Virus record (IMG/VR): IMGVR_UViG_3300025168_000032
Span: 96,001 to 160,000 of that record
Reading direction: 5' to 3' (one strand)
Length of the DNA: 64,000 nt
Source of the DNA: a virus
In this document: positions 28,285 to 37,601 of the stretch, in pieces
How positions within the stretch are numbered: position 1 is the stretch's first letter
Layout of the letters: the number at the start of each line of letters is the position of its first letter
The notes under the pieces: model-generated
The model's database searches: none
What the model was told of the DNA's origin: nothing
Seen by the model: only the letters and a program-made list of their open reading frames with translations
Position numbers and translations under genes: made by a program

Positions 28285-29267
28285 TGTTAAAACTTGAAGT
28301 AAAAAGAAGTGACAAAAAGAGAGTATTAATAATTGATGCTCTCAACATGTTCTTAAGAAGCTACACGATCATTCCAAGTATGAACCCCAAGGGCCTTCCC
28401 AACGGAGGTACAGTTGGGTTTATAAAATCGTTGCAAAAACTTTGTCGTGACTTTCGTCCAAGTGAAGTCGTTATTTGTTGGGATGGACATGGCGGTTCGG
28501 AAAAAAAGAGACAACTTAATAAGGAATACAAACAAGGTAGACGACCTGTGCGTTTCAACCGCAGAATGATTGAACTCCCAGAAGAAGATGTTTACAAAAA
28601 CAGAAGAGATCAGCAACTAAGACTACATGAATATTTGAATGAGATGCCTGTTGTACAGTTGCAGCTTGATTATGTTGAAGCTGATGACATCATAGCGTAT
28701 GTTGACACAAGAAGCAAGTATAAAGGCTGGGATAAAATAATAGTATCCTCTGATAAAGACTTTTATCAACTATGTGAGGATGACCAAACATATATATGGA
28801 GACCCATTCAAAAAGAATTGATAAGTCAAAAACAACTAGTCTACAAGTTTGGAGTACACCCGGCTAACTTTGCACTGGTCAGGGCTATTGAAGGAGACTC
28901 ATCAGATAACCTCAAGGGCGTACCAAGAATAGGTATGAAAACTGTTGTTAAATATTTTCCTTTTGTCGATAAACCACAGAAGATCTCTTGTTCAGAAATA
29001 TTCACACACTGTCAAATGGAAAAAAACAAGAAATCTGTTCACAATAAGTTGCTAGAACACAAAGAACTTGTTAAGAATAACTATACTATTATGCAGTTAT
29101 ACGATCCAAATATTTCTCTACAAGGTAAGCAACAGATTGATTATACTTTATCTAATTATAAGCCCCTGTTTAGTAAGATAAACGTTAGTAAAATGCTTAT
29201 GGAAGATGGACAAGGATCGTTGAACTTGACTGACATGTGGGTTGCTTTTAGGAAAATTGTACAGTAG
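28284..29267 (+). CDS. 5'-3' exonuclease / T4 RNase H-like flap nuclease
   Basis: LIIDALNMFLR, CWDG, YKQGR, VEADDIIA, IVSSDKDFYQL, GDSSDNLKGVPRIGMKT. Confidence 0.93.
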   Translation: MLKLEVKRSDKKRVLIIDALNMFLRSYTIIPSMNPKGLPNGGTVGFIKSLQKLCRDFRPSEVVICWDGHGGSEKKRQLNKEYKQGRRPVRFNRRMIELPEEDVYKNRRDQQLRLHEYLNEMPVVQLQLDYVEADDIIAYVDTRSKYKGWDKIIVSSDKDFYQLCEDDQTYIWRPIQKELISQKQLVYKFGVHPANFALVRAIEGDSSDNLKGVPRIGMKTVVKYFPFVDKPQKISCSEIFTHCQMEKNKKSVHNKLLEHKELVKNNYTIMQLYDPNISLQGKQQIDYTLSNYKPLFSKINVSKMLMEDGQGSLNLTDMWVAFRKIVQ

Positions 29268-29290
29268 TTATAAAACATTCGGAGGATGAT

Positions 29291-30652
29291 ATGGAATTAA
29301 AACATGAAACTTTTCAAAGGTTTGGAAAGACATTTCAAGAGAACTTGTGCCACCTGATGCTTCAGGATAGGACATTTTGTGATCAGATATGCGAAGTACT
29401 CGACGTAGAATATTTACAGTACGAACACCTTAAAGTATTCGCGAATATGTTAATAGAGTACAGAGCCAAATATAGACAGCACCCAAGCTATGAGATTATG
29501 GCGACCAATATAACCTCTGGCTTAGGGTCATACACAGATGCACTACAGAAGCAAATAAGACAGTTTTATGCTAAAGTTATTAACTCTCACGAGATCGATG
29601 GATCTGATTTCATTAAAGAACATGCCATTGATTTTTGCCGTAAGCAGGTACTTAAAAAAGCGATGATTCAGTCTGTTAAGCTTCTTAAGTCGTCTTCATT
29701 CGAGGAAATTGCTACTGTTATTGAAGATGCAATGAAGCTTGGTACGAACGTTGATTTTGGACATGATTATCATATGGATATCGACGATCGCTTCAGACTT
29801 AAATCCAGAAACCCAGTGTCGACAGGGTGGAAGAGAGTTGACGAGGTTTGTCAGGGTGGTCTTGGTAAATCAGAGCTTGGTGTTGCCATAGCTCCAACTG
29901 GCGCTGGAAAGAGTATGCTTATGGTGCATCTTGGGGCAACGGCCCTAAAGGAGGGTAAAACTGTTGTCTATTACACTCTAGAATTGGCAGACACGGTAGT
30001 TGGCCAAAGGTTCGACTCTTGCATAACAGGGATTAAACTTAATGATTTATTAAGAAACAAATTTAATATTGTGGAACAGGTAAAAGACATCAAAGGCCAT
30101 CTAATTATTAAAGAATATCCAACAAAGTCGGCAAGTACTCAAACAATAAAGAGTCATATAGAGCGCCTCAAAAAGAGGGGCATAAACCCTGATATGATAA
30201 TAGTAGATTACGCTGATTTACTCCGTCCAGTTAAAAGCTACGGAGAGAAACGCCACGACCTAGAGAGTATATATGAAGAACTTAGATCTATCGCACAAAC
30301 CTATGAATGTCCAGTTTGGACATGTTCACAAACTAATCGTGGCGGCCTAAATGCAGAAGTCATTACTATGGAGTCTATCTCCGAAGCGTTTAATAAATGT
30401 TTTGTCGCAGATTTTATATTCTCGCTGTCCAGAACAGCACAAGACAAACAGGCAAATACAGGACGATTCTTTATTGCCAAGAATAGAAACGGTCCTGATG
30501 GTTTGGTGTTCCCTATTTTTATGGACACATCAAATGTATCGATTAAGGCATTAGAGAGAACAGAGATGACAAGTGATGATAAACCCCAGCCTACGGCAAA
30601 GAGTAATCTCACATATTTGAGAGACAAGTACGCAGAAGTTCGAGGAAAATAG
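29291..30652 (+). CDS. dnaB: Replicative DNA helicase (DnaB/gp41 family)
   Basis: APTGAGKS, YYTLEL, IIKEYPT, IIVDYADLL, WTCSQTNR, AKNRNG. Confidence 0.93.
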   Translation: MELKHETFQRFGKTFQENLCHLMLQDRTFCDQICEVLDVEYLQYEHLKVFANMLIEYRAKYRQHPSYEIMATNITSGLGSYTDALQKQIRQFYAKVINSHEIDGSDFIKEHAIDFCRKQVLKKAMIQSVKLLKSSSFEEIATVIEDAMKLGTNVDFGHDYHMDIDDRFRLKSRNPVSTGWKRVDEVCQGGLGKSELGVAIAPTGAGKSMLMVHLGATALKEGKTVVYYTLELADTVVGQRFDSCITGIKLNDLLRNKFNIVEQVKDIKGHLIIKEYPTKSASTQTIKSHIERLKKRGINPDMIIVDYADLLRPVKSYGEKRHDLESIYEELRSIAQTYECPVWTCSQTNRGGLNAEVITMESISEAFNKCFVADFIFSLSRTAQDKQANTGRFFIAKNRNGPDGLVFPIFMDTSNVSIKALERTEMTSDDKPQPTAKSNLTYLRDKYAEVRGK

Positions 30653-30662
30653 GAGACCCACA

Positions 30663-32525
30663 ATGAACATAGCAAATAAAATATTATCGGATATAACAGT
30701 GCATATGAAGTATGCAAGATACTTACCGGAAAAGAATCGCAGAGAGACTTGGGATGAATTAGTAACAAGAAACAAGACTATGCATCTTAAAAAGTTTCCT
30801 AAGTTGAAACATGAGATTGAGGAAGCGTACAAATTCGTATATGATAAGAAGGTATTACCTTCTATGCGCTCAATGCAGTTTGCAGGAAAACCTATTGAGA
30901 TTAGTCCCAATCGGGTGTTTAATTGCGCCTACGCTCCTATAGACGATGTTCGTGTTTTTGGTGAAATAATGTTTTTATTATTAGGCGGAACCGGTGTTGG
31001 ATTTTCAGTGCAAAGCCACCATGTGGAGAAATTGCCACCCGTCCTTAAGCCAAATAAGAAAAGAACAAGAAGGTTTTTGATTGGAGATTCCATCGAGGGC
31101 TGGTCAGATGCAGTAACAGCGCTGATAAAATCTTATTTCAAAGGAACTTCTCAGTTGAGATTCGATTATTCAGACATACGTGCAAAGGGCGAGAGACTAG
31201 TTACAAGTGGGGGCAAAGCTCCCGGACCACGACCTCTTCGGGAGTGCTTGGTTAAAGTCGAAGGTATGCTTGATGCAAAAGAAAACGGAGAAAGACTCAG
31301 TTCTATCGAGGTTCATGACGTGGTATGTCATGTGGCAGATGCTGTTTTGGCTGGTGGTATTCGTCGCGCTGCTCTCATATCTTTGTTTAGTATTGACGAT
31401 GAGAATATGCTTGCTTCCAAGTCGGGTAACTGGTGGGAAACTAACCCCCAGCGCGGCCGGGCTAATAATTCTGCTGTCATTATGCGTCACCGCATTGATA
31501 AAGATACATTTATGAAAATATGGGAAAGAATCAGGGAATCAGGCAGCGGAGAGCCCGGTATATATTTAACAAATGATAAAGAGTATGGTTGCAACCCTTG
31601 TTGCGAGATTGCCCTTCGTCCATATCAGTTTTGTAATTTGACAGAAGTAAATGTTAGTGATGTGGTCTCCCAAAAAGAGTATGAAGATAGAGCGAGAGCC
31701 GGGTCTTTCATCGGGACCTTACAAGCGTCTTACACTGACTTTCATTATTTAAGACCAGTGTGGCAGAGAAACACAGAAAAGGATTATTTAATTGGGGTTT
31801 CAATGACAGGGATAGCATCAGGCTTTGTAGAAGGTCTGGATATGGAACAAGCAGCCAGAGTAGTGGCTAACGAGAATCATAGAGTAGCCAACCTTGTCGG
31901 GATAAAACCTGCTGCGCGTTGCACCACTACAAAACCAGCAGGAACAACCTCGTTGGTTTTAGGAACATCGAGTGGTATTCATGCATGGCATAACGATACT
32001 TACATCAGAAGGTTGAGAGTTGGAAAGAACGAGGCAATTTATTCTTATTTACTAAAAAATCACCCAGAATTGGTTGAGGATGAATACTTCCGACCACACG
32101 ATACAGCAGTTATATCAGTTCCACAAAAGGCTCCGTTGGGTGCCACAACAAGGGTAGAAAGCGCGTTGAATCTCTTGGAGAGGGTTAAGAACGTTCACTT
32201 AAAGTGGGTCAAGACTGGGCACCGTAGCGGCCAGAACACAAACAATGTTTCAGCCACAATCAATATAAAAGAAACAGAATGGGATGAAGTCGGAGAGTGG
32301 ATGTGGGATAACAGGAAAAACTATAATGGTTTAGCCATTTTACCCCATGATGGCGGCAGCTATCGGCAAGCTCCTTTTGAAGACTGCACAGAAGAGAAAT
32401 ACAATGAAATGTTAAAACATCTTGTTGATATAGATTTGACACAAGTTATAGAGACAGAAGACGAAACTGATCTTAAAGGTGAAATTGCCTGTGCCGGTGG
32501 AACCTGCACCGTTGAATTTCTATAG
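30663..32525 (+). CDS. nrdJ: Class II (adenosylcobalamin-dependent) ribonucleotide reductase
   Basis: YARY...RRETW, FNCAY, GGTGVG, AGGIRRAA, GCNPCCEI...FCNLTE, TTKPAGT, C-terminal ACAGGTC. Confidence 0.92.
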   Translation: MNIANKILSDITVHMKYARYLPEKNRRETWDELVTRNKTMHLKKFPKLKHEIEEAYKFVYDKKVLPSMRSMQFAGKPIEISPNRVFNCAYAPIDDVRVFGEIMFLLLGGTGVGFSVQSHHVEKLPPVLKPNKKRTRRFLIGDSIEGWSDAVTALIKSYFKGTSQLRFDYSDIRAKGERLVTSGGKAPGPRPLRECLVKVEGMLDAKENGERLSSIEVHDVVCHVADAVLAGGIRRAALISLFSIDDENMLASKSGNWWETNPQRGRANNSAVIMRHRIDKDTFMKIWERIRESGSGEPGIYLTNDKEYGCNPCCEIALRPYQFCNLTEVNVSDVVSQKEYEDRARAGSFIGTLQASYTDFHYLRPVWQRNTEKDYLIGVSMTGIASGFVEGLDMEQAARVVANENHRVANLVGIKPAARCTTTKPAGTTSLVLGTSSGIHAWHNDTYIRRLRVGKNEAIYSYLLKNHPELVEDEYFRPHDTAVISVPQKAPLGATTRVESALNLLERVKNVHLKWVKTGHRSGQNTNNVSATINIKETEWDEVGEWMWDNRKNYNGLAILPHDGGSYRQAPFEDCTEEKYNEMLKHLVDIDLTQVIETEDETDLKGEIACAGGTCTVEFL

Positions 32526-32573
32526 AGCAACTAAAAAATAGTAAAATATCATTTTAAAAAACCGGAGGATAAA

Positions 32574-33176
32574 ATGAAAGCAATAATGAATGTATCACCT
32601 TTACTTAAGGACCATGAATTGAGATATCGCCCAATTGTTATCTCTGTCAACGAGTTTGACGAAAAATCTGCAAAAGAGTTCTCGCAAAAGATGACTCTCG
32701 CACACAACACGGGACAGCCAGTTATACCTATCGTGATTGATTCCTATGGCGGTCAGGTCTATTCTCTTATGAATATGATCGCAGAAATAGAGAATTCATC
32801 ACTACCGGTCATGACAATCGCCCAAGGTAAAGCAATGTCTTGTGGCGCTGTTTTACTGTCCTATGGATCGGAAGGGATGCGATACGCGGCCCCTACTGCG
32901 ACAATTATGATTCATGATGTGGCGGCTGGTGCAATGGGAAAAATAGAAGATCTTAAGTCTAAAACAAGGGAAGCCAACAGGCTTAACAAAAAGATATTCT
33001 CGATGATGGATAAAAACTGCGGAAAACCCGAGGGGTTCTTTTTGGATAAGCTTCAGCAGAAGAGTCGAGCAGACTGGTATTTAACAGCGAAAAAAGCTAA
33101 GAAGCATAACCTTGTAAATCATTTGCGAGTCCCCACTATGAAAATCAATATAGGTGTATCAATAACAGTAAAATAA
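32574..33176 (+). CDS. clpP: ClpP-family protease, copy 1 (triad intact)
   Basis: IDSYGG, AMSCG (Ser), IMIHD (His), ADWYLTA (Asp). Confidence 0.9.
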   Translation: MKAIMNVSPLLKDHELRYRPIVISVNEFDEKSAKEFSQKMTLAHNTGQPVIPIVIDSYGGQVYSLMNMIAEIENSSLPVMTIAQGKAMSCGAVLLSYGSEGMRYAAPTATIMIHDVAAGAMGKIEDLKSKTREANRLNKKIFSMMDKNCGKPEGFFLDKLQQKSRADWYLTAKKAKKHNLVNHLRVPTMKINIGVSITVK

Positions 33177-33181
33177 ATTAC

Positions 33182-33211
33182 TTGACTTTATACTCTTAGC
33201 ATGTTATAATA
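33182..33211 (+). promoter_or_regulatory. sigma70-type promoter upstream of groES
   Basis: TTGACT-N18-TATAAT with extended TG. Confidence 0.65.
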
Positions 33212-33244
33212 TATAATGTGTTAAGAGTTTTTTTGGAGGTTATT

Positions 33245-33538
33245 ATGAACTTTAAGCCGTTTAATCGTTATATTTTAGTGGAACCAGTCGAGGAAAAAGA
33301 AGAAGGATTTACAGCGACAATAGTACTACCGGAAAATTACACCAAACCGGTGTCTGCTTATCTTAGGTGTGTAGTATTGTCTGTCTCTAGAGATTCCAAA
33401 TTTTCATCCCTCCTTTCGAAAGGGGATGAAATTATAATTGAAAGAAGAATGCTCTGTAATGTTGATATAACAGAAAAACCAGTCTATTTAGTATTAGAAA
33501 ATTATATTTATGGGAGTATTACAGATGAAAATAACTAG
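33245..33538 (+). CDS. groES: Co-chaperonin GroES-like
   Basis: FKPFNRYILVEP...TIVLPE...VLSVS....KGDEII....IYG pattern; GGAGG RBS supports ATG 33245. Confidence 0.75.
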   Translation: MNFKPFNRYILVEPVEEKEEGFTATIVLPENYTKPVSAYLRCVVLSVSRDSKFSSLLSKGDEIIIERRMLCNVDITEKPVYLVLENYIYGSITDENN

Positions 33539-34199
33539 AGAACTTTTAAAAGAGCTTATTACTGAGACTATGAAAGAAAACACAATGATCCTGTCTGAGG
33601 CCAGAGTAGATCTCAGCCTTGACAATATCATGAATATGTTGAAAGACAAAAACCCAAAGGCGACCTTACAGAGAGTGGGTATCATGACTGCTGAAAACCC
33701 AAGAGGTGTTAAGAGCGACGCTCAGTCAAACATGGAAATGTTACAAGATTTCAAACAAACTCTAGATCGATCTTCACTGGACTATGTTGAGATGGGTGGG
33801 AAGTACGGAAGCCCAGAAAACAGTTTGTTAATTTTAAATCCAACCAAGATGGATATTATATCATTCGGTAAGAAATATGGTCAAGCTGCTGTAATTTACG
33901 GTCAAAGATTAAAGAGAAACTATCGTGAAGGACAAGAATCTCAATATTTTAGAATTGACTATTATCAAACAGAACCAGATGGAGAAAAAGATCCAGATTA
34001 TGGCCCTCAAGAATACTATCTAGTTGACTCAAGAGACATGGTTGTATCTGATGACACAAGGCAAGATTATTACAGCGAGATTGGCGGCCGAAAGTTTTAT
34101 ATTCCGTTTTTCTCTGAAACCCCTGAACATAAAATGGGTGATGAATCTGGCGTAGTTGCCTCTGATCCTGAAAGTGAAATAAAATCCTACATGAGGTAA
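33525..34199 (+). CDS. Hypothetical protein with N-terminal MKIT..LL..LI.E motif and TAENP core (DUF3293-like)
   Basis: MKITRELLKELITE; GIMTAENPRG; YGQAAVIYG; CTATTTA at 33484-90. Confidence 0.65.
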   Translation: MKITRELLKELITETMKENTMILSEARVDLSLDNIMNMLKDKNPKATLQRVGIMTAENPRGVKSDAQSNMEMLQDFKQTLDRSSLDYVEMGGKYGSPENSLLILNPTKMDIISFGKKYGQAAVIYGQRLKRNYREGQESQYFRIDYYQTEPDGEKDPDYGPQEYYLVDSRDMVVSDDTRQDYYSEIGGRKFYIPFFSETPEHKMGDESGVVASDPESEIKSYMR

Positions 34200-34931
34200 A
34201 TGATGGAAGAATATGATAAAAGTATCAATTTGTATAGTGACGGCATTGGTTCGGTATGTTACGTTGATCATATGGGCAGCGACATTACCGTTGTTAACAG
34301 CGCAAGGGTTAGTTTTGGTGTGCAAAAGTCTGATCTTGATGGGCGCGACAAGCGACTTATTAATTACCTTATCAAACATAGGCACACCTCTACATTGGAA
34401 CATAATCTTGTTACCTTTAAATTTGTTGTGCCTTTGTTCGTTCGTTCTCAGCACCATCGCCATAGAACATGGTCCTACAATGAGATTTCTAGAAGATATA
34501 CCGACAAGGATCTACAATTTTATGAACCAAAGCAATTCAGAACGCAACACAAGTCAAACCGACAAGCTTCCAACCCAGACGAGTTAATAGATCCTAATTG
34601 GAGTCGTATATACAATTCAGTTATCCCAACTAAAACGAGAACCGCGTCTGAAGTGGTAAAAGCTCATCACGAATCAAGTCTAAAGCTTTTTTATACACTC
34701 ATTGACAAAGGAGTGTGTAGAGAACAAGCTCGCGGAGTTCTACCACAGAACCTCTACACTGAATTCTACGGCACAGTAAATCTATCCAACCTCTTGAAGT
34801 TTATTGACCTTCGCACACACGAAGGAGCACAATGGGAGATTCAAAAAGTGGCGGAGGCCTGCTTGGAAATAGCAACAGATCTATGGCCGGTGACTGTTAA
34901 TTCATACAGGAAACTGCGAGGTGGGACATAA
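34200..34931 (+). CDS. thyX: Flavin-dependent thymidylate synthase
   Basis: VNSARVS, HTSTLEH, SQHHRHRTWSYNEISRRY, EQARGVLP, AQWEI. Confidence 0.96.
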   Translation: MMEEYDKSINLYSDGIGSVCYVDHMGSDITVVNSARVSFGVQKSDLDGRDKRLINYLIKHRHTSTLEHNLVTFKFVVPLFVRSQHHRHRTWSYNEISRRYTDKDLQFYEPKQFRTQHKSNRQASNPDELIDPNWSRIYNSVIPTKTRTASEVVKAHHESSLKLFYTLIDKGVCREQARGVLPQNLYTEFYGTVNLSNLLKFIDLRTHEGAQWEIQKVAEACLEIATDLWPVTVNSYRKLRGGT

Positions 34932-35205
34932 GTTCAAAGTTGGAGATCTTGTGGAACTAAGTGATTTTGGCCAAACTATGGCTGGCGATTGGAGTATAAA
35001 ATACGGCGTGGTAGTGAAAGGGCCCTATAGCATGGGATTACCGGGAGGCCAAGAGCCAGAGGGATACTACATAGCATATGATATAATGCTGGGTGATGAA
35101 CTAATTAAGAGGATACCAATTCAATTTATTATGAGGATGGACAAAGATGAAGAAAATAATAAATCAGTGGAAAAAATGGTCATTCGAGACCCCAAAGAGT
35201 GGTAA
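34921..35205 (+). CDS. Small GDLV SH3/KOW-like protein
   Basis: KFKVGDLVEL...GVVVKGP...YDIML. Confidence 0.65.
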   Translation: MGHKFKVGDLVELSDFGQTMAGDWSIKYGVVVKGPYSMGLPGGQEPEGYYIAYDIMLGDELIKRIPIQFIMRMDKDEENNKSVEKMVIRDPKEW

Positions 35206-36048
35206 ATGATAACTGAATACCATTTTAATAAGCTTAATATTGGTGGATCTGTGGAGTGTTTGCTTCATTCATTTATAAATGATGAGCAGGTTCTATTAAT
35301 CGATCCGCTGTATCCTTTCCAGTTATCAACTGTAGAATATACTAGCAGTCTTAAGTTTTTGGGATACGACAACAATCGAAAGACTTACAAATCAGAGATG
35401 TGGGACAGATTGTCCTTCCTTTTATCAATGTCAGGTCAGATTATATTTCCTAACATAGTAAAGACATATAGGGAGGAAAACAATAGGTTTATTCTTGTCA
35501 CCGAGTCTAACAAAAGAATTATTATTACTTATGACGAACTCACTATATTCGAAAAAATGGGAGATTCCCATGTTAGTGTTTATGATTGGTTCAATGTTAG
35601 GTCTGGTAACAATCACACCTATGATGTTATCGAGGACAACAAGAGTGACTTTGTTCATACACTGCATTTCTATAAAGCAAACAGAATCGGGACCAACAGT
35701 TTCATGAGAGATATATGTGCAGAATCTCGATTGCCAACAAGATATTTGAATGATGTGGGCCATACCGAAGGTATAGCTAGGTTGAAAACTATTAAGATGA
35801 TGCTTGGGTCTGGCATAAGGGGCCAAAGCAATGGCTACGGAACAAAGGGACAACAGGTTCATATGCCGATCAAAATTGAGCACACGCACCGTGAGGTTAT
35901 AGAGGATTATACGCCCACTAGGACATTAGATGAAATTTTACAAGATAAAAGAAAGGAAGGTAAAGCATGGAATTTAGCGAAGAGGCTTTTTAGACATAAG
36001 CAAATTGCTATATTGCAAAAAAGTATAAGACTTCCTGCTTACCTATGA
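35206..36048 (+). CDS. Hypothetical protein, possible degenerate dinucleotide-binding fold
   Basis: N-terminal KLNIGGSVECLL loosely resembles a Rossmann beta-alpha start; overlaps next gene. Confidence 0.5.
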   Translation: MITEYHFNKLNIGGSVECLLHSFINDEQVLLIDPLYPFQLSTVEYTSSLKFLGYDNNRKTYKSEMWDRLSFLLSMSGQIIFPNIVKTYREENNRFILVTESNKRIIITYDELTIFEKMGDSHVSVYDWFNVRSGNNHTYDVIEDNKSDFVHTLHFYKANRIGTNSFMRDICAESRLPTRYLNDVGHTEGIARLKTIKMMLGSGIRGQSNGYGTKGQQVHMPIKIEHTHREVIEDYTPTRTLDEILQDKRKEGKAWNLAKRLFRHKQIAILQKSIRLPAYL

Positions 36049-36944
36049 AAGCGTTCAGTTCACAAGCAAATTTCCATCTTGCAGGGATCATACCGGTTGC
36101 CGGCCAGCCTTTGGACTTTGGTATGCCATACCCTGATTGTTTGGTCCCAATAGCACCAGACTACACGATGATCGAAGCTGCTATCATTGAAGCGGCATTT
36201 GCTGGCTGTGATACGATATGGGTTATTTGCAATGATGATTTGGCACCTGTAGTTAGGCATAGGGTCGGAGACTTTATCCAAGATCCGGTGCATTTTTATA
36301 ATAAATTTGATGCATTGCCGAGTCTTCGTAGAAAGCGTATACCAATCTATTGGGTCCCGGTCCACGCAAAAGATAGACACAGAAGAGATAGTCTTTCATG
36401 GTCAGTTCTGACCGGGGCAATCTCTTGCTTGAAGATCGCTAGTCAATTATCGAAGTGGTTAATACCAGAAAAGTACTATGTTTCGTTTCCTTACGGGATT
36501 ATGGACCCAAGAAAACTACAAAAAGTTAGAGGCAAAATAAGAAATAAAAACAACTTTTATGTGGTCTCTGAGGGAAAGACTGTGGAGGATAATATGTATT
36601 CTAGTTTTACTTTTGGTAAAGAAGAATTTATAATTTATCGTCGTAATGCTAGAAAAGGAACCGGAATGTACACTACAGAAATTGTTGATGAACGAGGGCT
36701 CCCCAGAAGCAAAATACCAGTAGAAGAAAGGTGGAGTGCGAGATTTTTTGAACCAAAAGATGTTTTTTACGGTGTGAACGTTAACAACGGGTACCAACAC
36801 AATGTAGAAAACTTTTATAATTTGGATGGCTGGGATGCTTATCGTGAATATATGTTGTCCGATTTAGCTAGAGAAACACAGCGCCCAACAAAAGAATTGT
36901 TTTCTTACAGAGAATTCAACAGGATTGCAGAAGACCGAGACTAG
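36045..36944 (+). CDS. Nucleotidyltransferase-like (sugar-phosphate NTP_transferase fold), degenerate signature
   Basis: GIIPVAG....GMPYPDCLVPI...MIEAAIIEAAFAGCDTIWVI. Confidence 0.65.
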   Translation: MKAFSSQANFHLAGIIPVAGQPLDFGMPYPDCLVPIAPDYTMIEAAIIEAAFAGCDTIWVICNDDLAPVVRHRVGDFIQDPVHFYNKFDALPSLRRKRIPIYWVPVHAKDRHRRDSLSWSVLTGAISCLKIASQLSKWLIPEKYYVSFPYGIMDPRKLQKVRGKIRNKNNFYVVSEGKTVEDNMYSSFTFGKEEFIIYRRNARKGTGMYTTEIVDERGLPRSKIPVEERWSARFFEPKDVFYGVNVNNGYQHNVENFYNLDGWDAYREYMLSDLARETQRPTKELFSYREFNRIAEDRD

Positions 36945-36951
36945 TTAAGGT

Positions 36952-37593
36952 ATGTCCTTGGTACAAAAGAGATACAAAAAATTAGTTAAAGAGTTGGTTT
37001 TTGTTTATACTGAATTGGAATTTGTTAAGGAAGTTTTAGCAGACGCCCATTCTGATTTTGAAGCATACTACCAGAGGTTTTGTGCTGAAAACAATGTTCC
37101 TCTTACCGATTTAAATGAAAAACACAAAGAAAGAATAGAGGAAGTGATCCCGCACCCAAAAAAACAAGAGGCTGACGAGGAAGGTATAATAAAAGTTGAG
37201 GCTCCACCTGAACCTCCACCGCCAAAAATATACAAAGTGTTCACAAAGATGTATAGAATGATAACTTCCAGAATTCACCCTGATAAGTTTGCTGGTCGCG
37301 AAGAGACACCAGAGATAAAAGAAAAGATCTTGATGTTTAAGGATTGTACGAAATCCTATAACGATAGAAACTGGGGCAAGTTCCTTGATATTTGTGAAAA
37401 ACTTGATATAATACCAACCAGATATGAAGGAGTTAGTTCGGTAATAAGAGATGAGATTTCAGATATTAACAAAAAAATAGTTAATGGCAAAAGGGCGTTT
37501 AGCTGGAAGTTGTATGAGTGTGAAGAGGATGACTCTTGCAAAGACAAAGTAATCAAGGACTTTTTGTTTCAATTATTTAAATACAAAGCATAG
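36952..37593 (+). CDS. J-domain (DnaJ-like) protein
   Basis: KMYRMITSRIHPDKF: helix II plus HPD motif. Confidence 0.7.
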   Translation: MSLVQKRYKKLVKELVFVYTELEFVKEVLADAHSDFEAYYQRFCAENNVPLTDLNEKHKERIEEVIPHPKKQEADEEGIIKVEAPPEPPPPKIYKVFTKMYRMITSRIHPDKFAGREETPEIKEKILMFKDCTKSYNDRNWGKFLDICEKLDIIPTRYEGVSSVIRDEISDINKKIVNGKRAFSWKLYECEEDDSCKDKVIKDFLFQLFKYKA

Positions 37594-37601
37594 GAGTTAA
37601 T

